Shown here piece after piece: positions 1 to 10,211 of a stretch of 56,745 bases of DNA. The first letter of the stretch is position 1. Every line of letters starts with the position of its first letter. The notes beneath the pieces were generated by a model. It saw only the letters and a program-made list of their open reading frames with translations, made no database searches and had not been told where the DNA came from. This DNA comes from Candidatus Thorarchaeota archaeon. GTDB lineage: Archaea; Asgardarchaeota; Thorarchaeia; Thorarchaeales; Thorarchaeaceae. Both the position numbers and the translations under genes were made by a program. The stretch covers positions 1 to 56,745 of the forward strand of contig JARGGA010000001.1 in NCBI GenBank assembly GCA_029210805.1, in the 5' to 3' direction.

Positions 1-1
1 A

Positions 2-826
2 GTTACTCCAAAAGCGCTTGAGGCCCTCGGAAAGGCGCTCATAAAAGATAACTTCTGGGGAGTACAGGCGGAAGTTGCAAAGGTTCTTGGTAGTATCAAG
101 AATGAATCAGCTCTTGATCAACTACTGAAAGGGATTGCTGTCACCGATAGTAGAGCAAGAACAGATGTTGCCGCCGCACTTGGTAACTTCTACCAAAATA
201 ACAGAGCCTTCGATGCACTTGAAAAGCTTCTTGATGATGAAGACTCCTACTTTGTAGTTGCATCAGCAGCAACATCCATTGGTCAGACCAAACACAAACT
301 TGCTTTTGAACTTCTCAAAAAGAGAATCAAAGATGTCCCATCAACATGGACCGAGATTGTAAAACGCGGCTATCTTTCAGGAATCAAGGAAACTGAGAAG
401 GAAGAAGCAATCGAAATCATTGTAGAGTATACAAGACCGGGGGTGCCTGATTATATTCGAAGAGAAGTCCCCGCGAAACTTGCAGCTCTTGGAAAGAGGT
501 ACAAGAAGAAGCACCCTGAAATCAAGAGTGTCCTTGAAACGCTACTCTACGACAAGTCCTATCGAGTACAGATGGGAGCCATAAGTGCTACCAAGGTATA
601 TGGTGACTCAAGCCTGCTTCCCGCTCTAACTAAACTTGCTGAGAGTTCAGTAGAATCTGGAATAGTAAGATCAGCCAGAGTAGCTATTCGTGCACTTGGT
701 AAGAAGAAGGACTCTACAGAAGTAGCATCAATCAGGAAATCAGTAGAGGAACTGGAACGAGAGAACAGGGACCTCAAAGATCGTATTGCAAAAGTAGAAA
801 CTTTGCTTGAAAAGAACAACGAATAG
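2..826 (+). CDS. HEAT/PBS-lyase-type repeat protein, C-terminal part (5' end outside window) with coiled-coil tail
   Basis: Frame 2 is open from the window edge, so track ORF 443..826 is only the part after an internal Met. Tandem ~30-aa helical A/L/K-rich units (ALGKALIKDNFWGVQAEVAKVLGSI; ARTDVAAALGNF; YRVQMGAISATKVYGDSSLLPAL). Heptad-like tail EELERENRDLKDRIAKVETLLEK. TAG stop at 824-826. Confidence 0.6.
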   Translation, partial: VTPKALEALGKALIKDNFWGVQAEVAKVLGSIKNESALDQLLKGIAVTDSRARTDVAAALGNFYQNNRAFDALEKLLDDEDSYFVVASAATSIGQTKHKLAFELLKKRIKDVPSTWTEIVKRGYLSGIKETEKEEAIEIIVEYTRPGVPDYIRREVPAKLAALGKRYKKKHPEIKSVLETLLYDKSYRVQMGAISATKVYGDSSLLPALTKLAESSVESGIVRSARVAIRALGKKKDSTEVASIRKSVEELERENRDLKDRIAKVETLLEKNNE

Positions 827-1055
827 ACAGTGACACCCACCCTCAGATGTTCTCGTCTGGGGGTTTCTTGTCTGACGATACACAAAGACTACAAAGTAGA
901 GGTCCTTTTCCTCTTTCACTACGAAAACGAGCAGCATCAGAAGGAGGGATAGGTCTCCCACAGTGTGAGCATTCAGGCATTTTTATCATGTTCTGTACTT
1001 TCATAATTGAACTTTAATCCAATTCTCAAAAGAAACGAGTGAAAAGGTGACGGAA

Positions 1056-1078
1056 GGGCGGGAGTTTTTCCCCCGCCT
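1056..1078. terminator. GC-rich hairpin between convergent genes (possible bidirectional terminator)
   Basis: GGGCGGG-agtttttc-CCCCGCC followed by TTT on the plus strand and by a T-rich run on the minus strand. Lies between the 3' ends of the HEAT gene and oppF. Confidence 0.4.
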
Positions 1079-1287
1079 TTCAAGAAACAATGGTGTTTTG
1101 CGTTTTCACCACTGCCTGCAGTTCTCGGTCGCTTCCATCATATTGGTGGTGAGCCTAGTGATAGTTGCAGTACGATGTATCTAGCATGCTTCATTTTGGC
1201 TCAACATATTGTGTGTTGTATGGATATAAAGGCAGAATGAACGATAGCACTAGATGATTCGTCTAGAAAAACCATCCGCGATTCGTC

Positions 1288-2271
1288 TTAGTTTCCATAC
1301 AAGTGACATGCGACATGACGCCCGTTTTCTGCGTCCTTCAGTAGTGGTTCTTCTACAGAACACCTATCGAATGCTTTTGGACACCGAGGATGAAAACGGC
1401 ACCCACTTGGCGGATTAATGGGGCTAGGAATCTCACCTCTGGGTATTTTCTCAGTCTTTCGGATCTTGGGATCGGGAACGGGGATAGCACTCATGAGACC
1501 CTCCGTATATGGATGAAGGGGGTCCTCGTATATCTGATTCCGGTCTGCAATCTCAATCAGCTTTCCTAGATACATGATTGCAATACGGTCGCACACATGT
1601 CTTGCAGTGGCAAGATCATGCGAAATGAAGAGGTATGTCAGGTCCAAATCACGTTTTAAATCCAGCATTAATTCCAGTAATTGTGCCTTAATGGATACAT
1701 CAACCATTGCTACTGGTTCATCAGTGACCACGAATTCAGGATTCAGGATGATTGCTCGTCCAAAGACAACTCTCTGTTTTTGCCCCCCAGATAACTGGTG
1801 CGGGCGTCTATCGTAAAATGTGTACGCAGGTGAAAGGCCTACTTTCTCCAAGACCTCTATTGTTGCATCTTTTCTCTCTTCAGGGGTTCCAATGTCTTGG
1901 AACTTCAAAGCATCTGAAATTGCATCTCCGATGGAAAGTCGTGGATTCAGCGATGATGATGGGTCTTGAAACGTGAACTGCACCTTTTGTCGAATCCTCC
2001 GAAGTTCATCGCCTGTCAATGCAGCAATGTCCTTCCCATCGAAGTTTATGCTACCTTCTGTGGGATCAATGAGCCGTACACACAGTCTACCCATGGTCGT
2101 CTTACCTGAACCGCTCTCCCCTGCTAATCCTAAAACCTCACCTTTTATGATATCGAAAGAGACATCATCAACCGCTTTCACGTATTCCTTTTCTTTAGTG
2201 ATGAGTTGCTCTATGAATCCCTTCTGTACAGGAAAGTACTTTTTCACATTCTTTACTTCAAGTAGTTTCAT
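1288..2271 (-). CDS. oppF: Oligopeptide/dipeptide ABC transporter ATP-binding protein
   Basis: Walker A GESGSGKTT, signature LSGGQKQR, Walker B VVTDEP, and the Opp/Dpp-type C-terminal Cys/His tail CRFHPRCP. Last gene of the opp operon. Confidence 0.9.
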   Translation of the reverse strand: MKLLEVKNVKKYFPVQKGFIEQLITKEKEYVKAVDDVSFDIIKGEVLGLAGESGSGKTTMGRLCVRLIDPTEGSINFDGKDIAALTGDELRRIRQKVQFTFQDPSSSLNPRLSIGDAISDALKFQDIGTPEERKDATIEVLEKVGLSPAYTFYDRRPHQLSGGQKQRVVFGRAIILNPEFVVTDEPVAMVDVSIKAQLLELMLDLKRDLDLTYLFISHDLATARHVCDRIAIMYLGKLIEIADRNQIYEDPLHPYTEGLMSAIPVPDPKIRKTEKIPRGEIPSPINPPSGCRFHPRCPKAFDRCSVEEPLLKDAENGRHVACHLYGN

Positions 2272-2272
2272 C

Positions 2273-3283
2273 TCATTTCCTCCCGTATAGATGACATGCT
2301 ACGAGACCTCCGGTATCACTCTCAAGCAAGGATGGTTGTTCGGCCTTACAGATGTCCATGGCAAAAGGACACCTGGGATGATACATGCAACCCATGGGTG
2401 GGTCTACCAAATCGGGTGGTGCACCAGGGATCCAAGCCAGTTGCTTCTCAGGCTTTGTTACGTCCGGAACACACTGCAGAAGGGCTTGAGTGTACGGATG
2501 CTGGGGATTATCAAATAACGTTTCAGTTGTATCAATCTCAGCCATTCGGCCAGCGTACATTATTGCCACATCGTCAGCGGTCTGTGCCAATACACCTAGA
2601 TTATGTGTGATCAAAATCATAGTTAGATTGAACATATCTTTGAGTTCTTGGATTTCTTCAAGTATCTGTGCTTCTACAATTACATCAAGTGAGGTCGTAG
2701 GTTCGTCGGAAATCAACAAACGTGGTCGTAACACCAGCCCAAGTCCAATCATGACCCGTTGTCGCATTCCACCACTGAATTGATGGGGGTAGTCATTCAC
2801 TCTTTCTGCAAGTATTCCAAGCGCCTCAAGAACTTCCGTAGCCCGTTCGATTGCTTCTGCCTCTTCAATGTCAGGATTATGTGCCTGTTGCATCTGGACA
2901 AAGTGTTTCCCAATGCTAAGCATTGGATTTAGTGATGTCATGGGATCTTGGAATATATAGGCAATCTCACTGCCTCGAAGCGACCTCATTTGATCCTCGG
3001 TCATATCTAGAATCGGTACATCTCCTTTCGGAATCGTTCCCTTTTTCCAAACTTGATCATGGTCGATGTTGAGGGTTATCTCGCCACTTACTATGCGCCC
3101 GGGGTAGGGGACCAATTGCATTATTGCACGACCAAGAGTTGACTTGCCACAACCTGATTCCCCTGCAAGACCCAACGTTCTATTCTCTGGTAATGAGAGG
3201 ATGACTCTATCCACAGCACGAGCTACTCCCCGTTGAGTAGTATATTCAACAACCAAATCGTTTATTCTAAGTACATCAGTCAT
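2273..3283 (-). CDS. oppD: Oligopeptide/dipeptide ABC transporter ATP-binding protein
   Basis: Walker [10 protein letters not shown], signature FSGGMRQR, Walker [12 protein letters not shown], tail CMYHPRCP. The track ORF extends to 3397 but that part overlaps oppC. The Met at 3283 ([14 protein letters not shown]) sits 5 nt after the oppC stop and behind an AGGGAG-like ribosome-binding site. Confidence 0.9.
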   Translation of the reverse strand: MTDVLRINDLVVEYTTQRGVARAVDRVILSLPENRTLGLAGESGCGKSTLGRAIMQLVPYPGRIVSGEITLNIDHDQVWKKGTIPKGDVPILDMTEDQMRSLRGSEIAYIFQDPMTSLNPMLSIGKHFVQMQQAHNPDIEEAEAIERATEVLEALGILAERVNDYPHQFSGGMRQRVMIGLGLVLRPRLLISDEPTTSLDVIVEAQILEEIQELKDMFNLTMILITHNLGVLAQTADDVAIMYAGRMAEIDTTETLFDNPQHPYTQALLQCVPDVTKPEKQLAWIPGAPPDLVDPPMGCMYHPRCPFAMDICKAEQPSLLESDTGGLVACHLYGRK

Positions 3284-3288
3284 GCTTA

Positions 3289-4557
3289 TCACTCCCTCAA
3301 CTTGGGCGTTAGAATCTCGTTCAGACCATCGCCTGTTAGAGTGAATCCTAAGGCTAGGAGTACTATCATTATTCCTGGAAAAGTGGATATCCACCATGCA
3401 CCTATGATGAGCACATCAAACCCTAGAGTCAGGTCCCATCCCCAATCTGCAATATCGACTGGAAGGCCAAGGCCAACAAATGTAAGTCCTGCAGCTGTCA
3501 GTATAGCATCTGCAAAATTAATCGACATGATGATTATTGAAGATGGCAAAACATTTGGAAGGATATATCTCAATAGTATGTATCTATCCTTGGCACCCAT
3601 CACTATTGCAGCTTCTACATAGGGTAGTTCTTTGATTGTCATAACCTGACTTCTCACAATTCTGAAATAGGACGGGATATACACAACTGCAATGGCAATG
3701 GCCATATTTACGACTCCAGGTCCCAACATGGCCGATATTGCAATGGCCAATACAAGTCCAGGAAATGCAAATATGCTGTCCATAAGGAGGCCTATTCCTT
3801 TATCCAAATTGCCGCCTCTATATGATGAAAAAAGACCAACTGGAACGCCGATGCTGAAACATACTACTACTGAGAGGACAGCAACTTGGAGCATTGTTGC
3901 CCCCCCTGCAATAACTCTGCTCAGCATGTCCTGACCCAGTGATGTAGTACCCAAAGGAAAGTCAGGATTGGGGGGTTCACGAAGATCACCGACGTTGATT
4001 GAAAACGGATTGTATGGAATTATCCAATCTGAAATAAGGGTCATGTAAACAAGTGCGAATACTATCAGTAAGCCGGCTGTTGCAAGAATCCCTGGAGAAC
4101 CATAATCCTTGAGTCGTGGATAGCCTTCGTATATCAAAAAGAGCATTACTGATAGCGTGATAGCTCCAGTAACGACTGCTTGCCAAAATCCAATAGGATT
4201 ACTGGGGGACGTTAGCAAACTGACAGGAAGAACTGCTGTTGCTAAAATCAAGAAGGACCCTGCAAGACGCAGGTAGGTTTTTCGATCAAACATCTGATTA
4301 GATGAATATCTTATCTTGAACACATACCAGACTAAAAGCATCGAGAAAGCTATAACGAAGGTTCCAACAACCACAGGGAGGCCCAATCCACTATTAGCTG
4401 TTAAGGCTAAGCCAATGAGGACAGATACGAGTGCAAGAGTAAAAGCTGCCAAAGATACAACTGCAAGCCACCATTTTCGAGAGTAGTCTTTCATGCGATT
4501 TTTCGTATCGGATAGATGAAAGAAGATACCACTAACATTACTAGCCATTAACTTCAC
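3289..4557 (-). CDS. oppC: Opp/Dpp ABC transporter permease with ~150-aa N-terminal multi-TM extension
   Basis: Binding-protein-dependent permease core (LGTTSLGQDMLSRV; EAA-like YVEAAIVMGAKDRYILLRYILPN). Hydrophobic N-terminal extension. Confidence 0.85.
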   Translation of the reverse strand: MKLMASNVSGIFFHLSDTKNRMKDYSRKWWLAVVSLAAFTLALVSVLIGLALTANSGLGLPVVVGTFVIAFSMLLVWYVFKIRYSSNQMFDRKTYLRLAGSFLILATAVLPVSLLTSPSNPIGFWQAVVTGAITLSVMLFLIYEGYPRLKDYGSPGILATAGLLIVFALVYMTLISDWIIPYNPFSINVGDLREPPNPDFPLGTTSLGQDMLSRVIAGGATMLQVAVLSVVVCFSIGVPVGLFSSYRGGNLDKGIGLLMDSIFAFPGLVLAIAISAMLGPGVVNMAIAIAVVYIPSYFRIVRSQVMTIKELPYVEAAIVMGAKDRYILLRYILPNVLPSSIIIMSINFADAILTAAGLTFVGLGLPVDIADWGWDLTLGFDVLIIGAWWISTFPGIMIVLLALGFTLTGDGLNEILTPKLRE

Positions 4558-4560
4558 CTC

Positions 4561-5622
4561 CTAAAGCCTAATCCTCGGATCCAGGTATGCATACAGGATG
4601 TCCATTACCAGCGTTACAAGACTCACAAGAATTCCAAAGAAAACAACTGTGCCTTGGATTCCAGTATAATCACGATAATTTATTCGATCAATCAGATACG
4701 TTCCAAGTCCCAGCCAATTGAACGTGGTTTCAGTAAGAACCGCTCCCGCGAGCAGGGTTGCGAACTGAAGTCCTATCATTGTCATAATTGGTAAGAACGC
4801 ATTTTTCAATGCATAGCCGTATACCACAGCACTTTCAGAAAGACCTCTTGCTTCAGCAGCAACGACAAAGTCCATTCGTAGGGTTTCAAGCATATTTGTT
4901 CTTGTGAGGCGGACGAATACACCACAGAGGATTGTTCCCAGAGTAGCTGCTGGTAGAATCATGTAGGATGCAGAAACGAAGAAAGCGGATATATTGCCTG
5001 TGAGAAGAGAATCAATAGTGTACATGCCTGTAATGTTGGTCGGTGTTGCATAGTGCGGATCGAAACGACCGTTAACAGGTAGAATCCTAAGCCATATCCC
5101 AAAAACGAATTGCAGAATCATTCCGAGGAAGAATACAGGAATGGCATAGGTGATAATACCAAACAGGCGGATACCATGGTCTGTAGTTGTATCATAGTTT
5201 TTAGATGCTTTGACACCCAGAGCTACACCTAGCAAGACTGCAAACAACATTGAATAGATAGTCAACTCAAGTGTTGCAGGAAATCTGCCGGCGATATGTT
5301 CACTAACCGGACTGAAGTCATGCATTGATAACCCAAAGTCACCCGTGAGTAAGCCCCCAAGATAGCTGAAATACTGTTCCCAGATTGGTATATCCACACC
5401 GTCCCTTGCCAAGCCAAGCCGTTCCTTGAAAACCATAAGGACATCTGGATCTACGTTTTTCTCAAAATGTAATAAAGCAGGGTCTCCAGGGACAACCCGC
5501 AATATGAAGAATACGATAGTTAGAAGTAACATAACCATTGGTATAGTGAGCAACACTCTTGTTACAATATACGACCTTAGTGACAACTCGGTCAATCCTC
5601 CTCGAATATGAAATTTGGTCAA
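4561..5622 (-). CDS. oppB: Opp/Dpp ABC transporter permease
   Basis: Typical OppB/DppB layout (RVVPGDPA near the N-terminus; FVVAAEARGLSESAVVYGYALKNA loop). Separated from oppC by 3 nt. Confidence 0.85.
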   Translation of the reverse strand: MTKFHIRGGLTELSLRSYIVTRVLLTIPMVMLLLTIVFFILRVVPGDPALLHFEKNVDPDVLMVFKERLGLARDGVDIPIWEQYFSYLGGLLTGDFGLSMHDFSPVSEHIAGRFPATLELTIYSMLFAVLLGVALGVKASKNYDTTTDHGIRLFGIITYAIPVFFLGMILQFVFGIWLRILPVNGRFDPHYATPTNITGMYTIDSLLTGNISAFFVSASYMILPAATLGTILCGVFVRLTRTNMLETLRMDFVVAAEARGLSESAVVYGYALKNAFLPIMTMIGLQFATLLAGAVLTETTFNWLGLGTYLIDRINYRDYTGIQGTVVFFGILVSLVTLVMDILYAYLDPRIRL

Positions 5623-5738
5623 GCATTTTTATTTCGTACCCTTAGTTAAGGGCTTCGCATTATTTGGATTGGCTAGTTAAGAGTATTAGGAACACAGTAT
5701 AACCTTAGTAGATTAGATTTCTGAAAAAAAGAGAGATT

Positions 5739-5760
5739 GGTGCTACAACGTAGTAGCACC
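5739..5760 (-). terminator. Hairpin plus T-tract just after oppA (intra-operon attenuator/terminator)
   Basis: GGTGCTAC-N6-GTAGCACC, an 8-bp stem. On the minus strand it is followed by TCTCTCTTTTTTTC, 17 nt after the oppA stop. Confidence 0.45.
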
Positions 5761-5776
5761 ACGATTGTTTATGCTA

Positions 5777-7435
5777 TTACCAATAAAGGAGCCAATGGCG
5801 CCAATTTACGGTGATGTCAAGGATAACGCCCTGTATAGCAGCTTTTGTGACTGCAGTGTTACGACCTTGCCAGAGAGGAATCAGTGAAACCTCTTCAGCC
5901 TGTAGTTCTTGAAGTTCAAGGTATGCAGCTTCACGCAGAGCGCTAGTCTGTGCACTTCGTCCCTCTACCCATAGATCGTACTGAGCTACTCCACCTGCTG
6001 GAGATGTTTCGTTGTATCCAAGATTGAGCCAGGATGCAAATGGCAAGAATGCATAGTTGTCTGGGTCGATGAAGTCAGGATACCAACCATAGATGAAGAC
6101 AGGCATCGTACCTGTATTTCTCTGTATTCGGTATGTTGGCCAGTCAGCGCTATGAAGGTTGACTGTTATCACACCACTAGCTTCCAGATCAGATTTGTAC
6201 ACAGTAGCCTGTGCGGGACTGGATGGATAGTGTCCAGAACTCTCGTACCAGAGGTCTACCACAAGTTTGTTTGTAGTGTTATAGCCGAAATCATCCAGAC
6301 AGTCAGCAGTGAAGGTATAGTTTGCGTCACCATAGACCTCGAATGACGGTTCGTGATATGCCATACCAGCTGGAACGACACTGTAAAGCGGATCTACTGT
6401 CCCTTCAAACACTGTGGAAGCAATGTTTGATCTATTCAGAGCTGCCGCTACGCCTTGCCGGATTCGAGTTTCATTGAATGGATATATTGTCTGCTGGAAG
6501 AGCATGTACTGAATTGACGCTCCAACACCATCCCAGACCCTAACTGCCGTATTAGTCCTGAAGTTTGCAACCTGTGCTGCAGACAAGTGTCTGTAAGCAA
6601 CATCAATTTCGCCAGATGTCAGCGCGGCTGCTAATGCAGTATCTGTTGAATAGAATTGGATGATTATAGTATCAGTCTTCGGAATGTTGGCAACATCCCA
6701 ATATCTGGGATTCTTTTCAAGACGCATGAGTGAGTCACTACCACCAACTCGAGTCCAATTTGTAAGAACGTATGGACCTAGATCATTTGGATGACTACCT
6801 CTAGCACCTTCAGCGGCATCGAAGTCCACATATGTAGTATCATCCTTGTAGTCTGGATGTACGATATATGATGCAGCACATGCCATGAGCTGAAGGAATG
6901 GAGCAAAAGCGATTTTGAGATTGAATCTGACCTCATACTCCGATGTCACCGTAATACTGTCAATGATATCACCATAGCCCATATTCAATTGCGGACCATC
7001 TTCCATAGCCATGTCTATGTTCCTTTCAAAGGACCATTTTACACATGAGGCATTGAAGGGTTGACCATCGTAGTAAGTCAGACCTTGCCGCAAGGTAAAG
7101 TCCCATATCTTGTTAGTCGAATCGACCGTCCACGATGATGCTAACGCGCCCCGGATATCATTTGCAGTTGCAGATGTTCCAGGTATAATTTCCACTAACC
7201 CCGCTCCGAGCGACGTTATGATTTCCCATCCGAAGTAGTCATAGGATTGGGCAGGGTCAAGACTAGCTTCTACTGAATCCGTTGTCCCAAAGATAATTAC
7301 CTCATTACTTGGGGCAAGTGGATTCATGAGGAAGTAGACTGCGCCTACACCCACTATTAGTACAATGACTACTATCGCAATTAATTGGTTCTTCTCCAAA
7401 CGATAGAGCCTCCTGTTTTGTATTCGCAATACCAT
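5777..7435 (-). CDS. oppA: ABC transporter substrate-binding protein, family 5 (peptide/nickel/oligosaccharide type), N-terminally membrane-anchored
   Basis: 552 aa with an N-terminal TM (LIAIVVIVLIVGVGAVYFLM). The general family-5 SBP pattern and its position as first gene of the opp operon support the call. Confidence 0.8.
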   Translation of the reverse strand: MVLRIQNRRLYRLEKNQLIAIVVIVLIVGVGAVYFLMNPLAPSNEVIIFGTTDSVEASLDPAQSYDYFGWEIITSLGAGLVEIIPGTSATANDIRGALASSWTVDSTNKIWDFTLRQGLTYYDGQPFNASCVKWSFERNIDMAMEDGPQLNMGYGDIIDSITVTSEYEVRFNLKIAFAPFLQLMACAASYIVHPDYKDDTTYVDFDAAEGARGSHPNDLGPYVLTNWTRVGGSDSLMRLEKNPRYWDVANIPKTDTIIIQFYSTDTALAAALTSGEIDVAYRHLSAAQVANFRTNTAVRVWDGVGASIQYMLFQQTIYPFNETRIRQGVAAALNRSNIASTVFEGTVDPLYSVVPAGMAYHEPSFEVYGDANYTFTADCLDDFGYNTTNKLVVDLWYESSGHYPSSPAQATVYKSDLEASGVITVNLHSADWPTYRIQRNTGTMPVFIYGWYPDFIDPDNYAFLPFASWLNLGYNETSPAGGVAQYDLWVEGRSAQTSALREAAYLELQELQAEEVSLIPLWQGRNTAVTKAAIQGVILDITVNWRHWLLYW

Positions 7436-7616
7436 AGCGAATTGAATTCAACTACACACACTTCTGCATATAAGTTGTAGCAACTAAGAAACGTTGTACA
7501 AACGATTGTACTAACGGGTCAAGATTCGAGATTCATCACCAAATCAATGAAAAGGGGTATGATTCATTCATTCTATATATTTCCAGAACAAGGAAGGTTA
7601 GGAAAGGCGTTAACTG

Positions 7617-8264
7617 ATGCAAGCTGGTGCAATAGCAATAATTAGATTTGACCTCATTTTGGAAACGATTGCAGCAATCATAGCGTTGATTGTATCGCAC
7701 TATGCTAACAAGGCATTTCATATGACTGGACAAAAGAAACTCTCGGATCTATCCACAGGTTTCATTGTCCTCTCAGCAGGTATGTTGGGACGTGTAATTG
7801 GTACCCTCTATTTCTTCGTGCTATCTGAGGACGGAGGGCTAACAGATCCAGATGCACTTTCGATGCTGGGTCTTGTTACAGTTGGATATGGCATGATGAA
7901 GATAATGGCATATCTAATCTTTGCAGTTTCAACACGTCCGACGCGTAGATATAACGACAATACAGAACTGACAATAGCATTAGCTCTTCCAGTCCTGTTA
8001 TCTCCAGAACTCGAATGGATAGCTATCATCATTCTCCTAGTTGTTGTCCTTCAGACAGTAATGAATTACGGAGCAGTGAGGACCCGTTATGCAATGTACG
8101 TATTGCTTGGGTTCACATTTTTGCTGTTCAGTCATGTTGCGGGAATCTATGCTACGGGGGAGGACTTACGCGCATATCTCATGTATCTTCTTGGTCAGTT
8201 GCTCCAGTTCCTAGGTCTTATCTCGTTCTTGGTTATGCTTAGGCAGGCAGGAAAGGATGAGTAG
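7617..8264 (+). CDS. Polytopic membrane protein, unknown function
   Basis: 215 aa with about 6-7 hydrophobic segments. Its 3' end overlaps the next gene by 8 nt (ATGAGTAG). Confidence 0.6.
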   Translation: MQAGAIAIIRFDLILETIAAIIALIVSHYANKAFHMTGQKKLSDLSTGFIVLSAGMLGRVIGTLYFFVLSEDGGLTDPDALSMLGLVTVGYGMMKIMAYLIFAVSTRPTRRYNDNTELTIALALPVLLSPELEWIAIIILLVVVLQTVMNYGAVRTRYAMYVLLGFTFLLFSHVAGIYATGEDLRAYLMYLLGQLLQFLGLISFLVMLRQAGKDE

Positions 8265-8550
8265 AAAACGCGCCTATCGCTCAAAGGTATGCATCCTCGC
8301 GGATATGATGCGAGCCATTCAGAGTGAGGGTGAGGAAGGGGCAGGCCCGACAAAGATACTGTATGCGGCAAACCTTTCCCATGATAGACTCACTCAATAC
8401 ATCGACGAACTTATTGAAAAAGAACTCATCCACGATGTAGAGCCTGAAGAGAATACTCGAAGCTATGTCCTTACCGAGAAGGGGAGAGAATTCTTGCAGG
8501 AATACAGAAAAATCGAGCGATTCTCTCAAGCATTTGGCATAGACGTATGA
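8257..8550 (+). CDS. Small archaeal winged-helix DNA-binding protein
   Basis: 97 aa. ILADMMRAI...GPTKILYAANLSHDRLTQYIDELIEKELI...YVLTEKGREFL is a classic wHTH layout. Translationally coupled to the upstream membrane protein. Confidence 0.7.
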   Translation: MSRKRAYRSKVCILADMMRAIQSEGEEGAGPTKILYAANLSHDRLTQYIDELIEKELIHDVEPEENTRSYVLTEKGREFLQEYRKIERFSQAFGIDV

Positions 8551-8588
8551 ACGTGATGCTTCCAGATTCTGCTTCTATTCAGACAAGG

Positions 8589-8596
8589 TTTTAAGA
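8589..8596 (+). promoter_or_regulatory. TATA-like box for tRNA-Ala
   Basis: TTTTAAGA centred about 31 nt upstream of tRNA position 1. Confidence 0.35.
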
Positions 8597-8622
8597 AGTC
8601 TACGGACCCTAGAGAAAATCAT

Positions 8623-8699
8623 GGGCCGGTAGATCAGTCTGGTAGATCGTCTGATTCGCATTCAGAAGGGCGCGAGTTCAAATCTCGCCCGGTCCACCA
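8623..8699 (+). tRNA. tRNA-Ala (anticodon CGC), genomically encoded CCA
   Basis: Manual cloverleaf: acceptor GGGCCGG/CCGGTCC with G3:U70, D stem GATC/GATC, anticodon stem TCTGA/TCAGA, loop TTCGCAT, T arm GCGAG-TTCAAAT-CTCGC, discriminator A plus CCA. Confidence 0.93.
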
Positions 8700-8729
8700 T
8701 TCTTTTTTGATGGGAATCGCATCAGTTAT

Positions 8730-9749
8730 TCATTGAAGCTCAATGGATACGATACTTTTCTTCTTCTCATACCGGATGGTAACATACGCAAGAGTCATCC
8801 AAATTGGAACTAAGAAAGTAAGTCCAAGAATGAGACTATCGTTGTTTCGAGCTGTTAGCCAAAAGCTAGTATAGAGGTTTCCAAAAACCAAACCAAGAGG
8901 AATCCAAAGTGGTAATAGTAAATAATGGAAGTTTCTATCGAAATAAATCGAAACCGCACATGCTAAAGGAATTAATGCCATCGGAATGATGATCAGGACA
9001 ACAGCAACCATGCCCATTACTGAAGTAACGTTATCGATGGGAGAGAGATATTGAATCGTTATAATGCTCATGGTTAGCATTATCAAGCTCTGAGTTAGCA
9101 GAGCACCAAATCCAATTCTATCCAGAATTTCCAAAGTGAATAGAGGTTTTTTTGAATCATAATCAGATTGTGTATCCCTCTTACGAAGCACACTATTCAG
9201 GAAGCTTCTCAGTATTGCACAACAAGCGATAATTTCAAAGATGTAAATGGTGGGAATCATCACAAGTTTCACTTTTGTGGTACTTGCGTAAGAACTTGAT
9301 ACTCTAATTTCATGGGGACCATCATTTACATAGATACGGTACCACGTCGAATTAAATGGCACATCCAATGCCCAAGCGTAGCTGGTGATATCCTCAATAT
9401 CTATCAAAAATGCTGCATCTTCACCATTGGACCATAATTCGTAGTTCTCTGAATCACAAATGAAGAAGTCAAATGTATCATTAGAATCAACCACCACAGT
9501 ATTTCCATAGGTATAGTTGGAATCAACCACCATAACATTTCCAAAGAAGACATCACTCTCTCTACAAAACCACCCTCCCGTATAGTTGGAGTATGGTGCA
9601 ATCCAGACAACGGATCCATCAGCAGGTGTGTGAGGTGGACTCTCTAGGTTATCAACAGCATAGCTGGAAAGAGGTAGACTCAGTAGAACCAATACTACAA
9701 CCAACGACATTCTATGTATTTTCGAATGGTTAGAGCTTAAAGGTGTCAT
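8730..9749 (-). CDS. Membrane protein: secreted N-terminal domain plus C-terminal multi-TM region, unknown function
   Basis: The track ORF runs to 9908. A signal-peptide-like start (MTPLSSNHSKIHRMSLVVVLVLLSLPLSSYA) begins at 9749, or alternatively at the Met at 9710. The C-terminal half has 6 or more hydrophobic helices. Confidence 0.5.
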   Translation of the reverse strand: MTPLSSNHSKIHRMSLVVVLVLLSLPLSSYAVDNLESPPHTPADGSVVWIAPYSNYTGGWFCRESDVFFGNVMVVDSNYTYGNTVVVDSNDTFDFFICDSENYELWSNGEDAAFLIDIEDITSYAWALDVPFNSTWYRIYVNDGPHEIRVSSSYASTTKVKLVMIPTIYIFEIIACCAILRSFLNSVLRKRDTQSDYDSKKPLFTLEILDRIGFGALLTQSLIMLTMSIITIQYLSPIDNVTSVMGMVAVVLIIIPMALIPLACAVSIYFDRNFHYLLLPLWIPLGLVFGNLYTSFWLTARNNDSLILGLTFLVPIWMTLAYVTIRYEKKKSIVSIELQ

Positions 9750-10211
9750 TGGAAATCCCCCCAGAGCCATTACAATAGAGAGGGAGGAAAGGTGAAGAAT
9801 GTTATTGTTGGTATACCATATGCTTCCTCGCCCGGTCCACCAACTTCTATTCCTTTTTCCTATGAGAAAAGCCATTATTGCACTCGTTGTTCGATTACAA
9901 AAATACACAGGATTTCAAAATCCGCTATGGAACCCTACTGAGAAACTTTCGTTGAACAATCCTTGCAATGAGGTCGCGGAGGATTACCTACCTGAAATAT
10001 TTCCCCTCGAATCTTCTTTTTGCATCTTCGGCATTGTATCAAATTCAATCACATCCACATGAGGAACGTATACTAGGTTTTGAAAACGAAGTGGAAATTA
10101 GTTCCAGTATGACATTCACAGCGAACCTTATCACCTCTCCCATATGTTGGTATTTTAATAAGACTAGAAGCTGCTGACCCACATGTATTTCTAATCCCGG
10201 GTAGTGACAAC

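Noticed and set aside
826-1288. The 460-bp gap between convergent genes, considered as a possible ncRNA gene
   Set aside because: Only a terminator-like hairpin and short imperfect repeats (GATTCGTCT.AG, twice) are visible. There is no fold or box motif I can support.
1574-3622. Many 60-130-aa ORFs antisense to or overlapping confident genes (e.g. 1574..1816, 1973..2290, 2296..2783, 3233..3622; likewise 14577..15268, 16336..16662, 19453..19797, 48899..49372 and 56014..56472)
   Set aside because: All lie entirely inside strongly supported genes on the opposite strand or in alternative frames, and their compositions are not protein-like. They are shadow ORFs.
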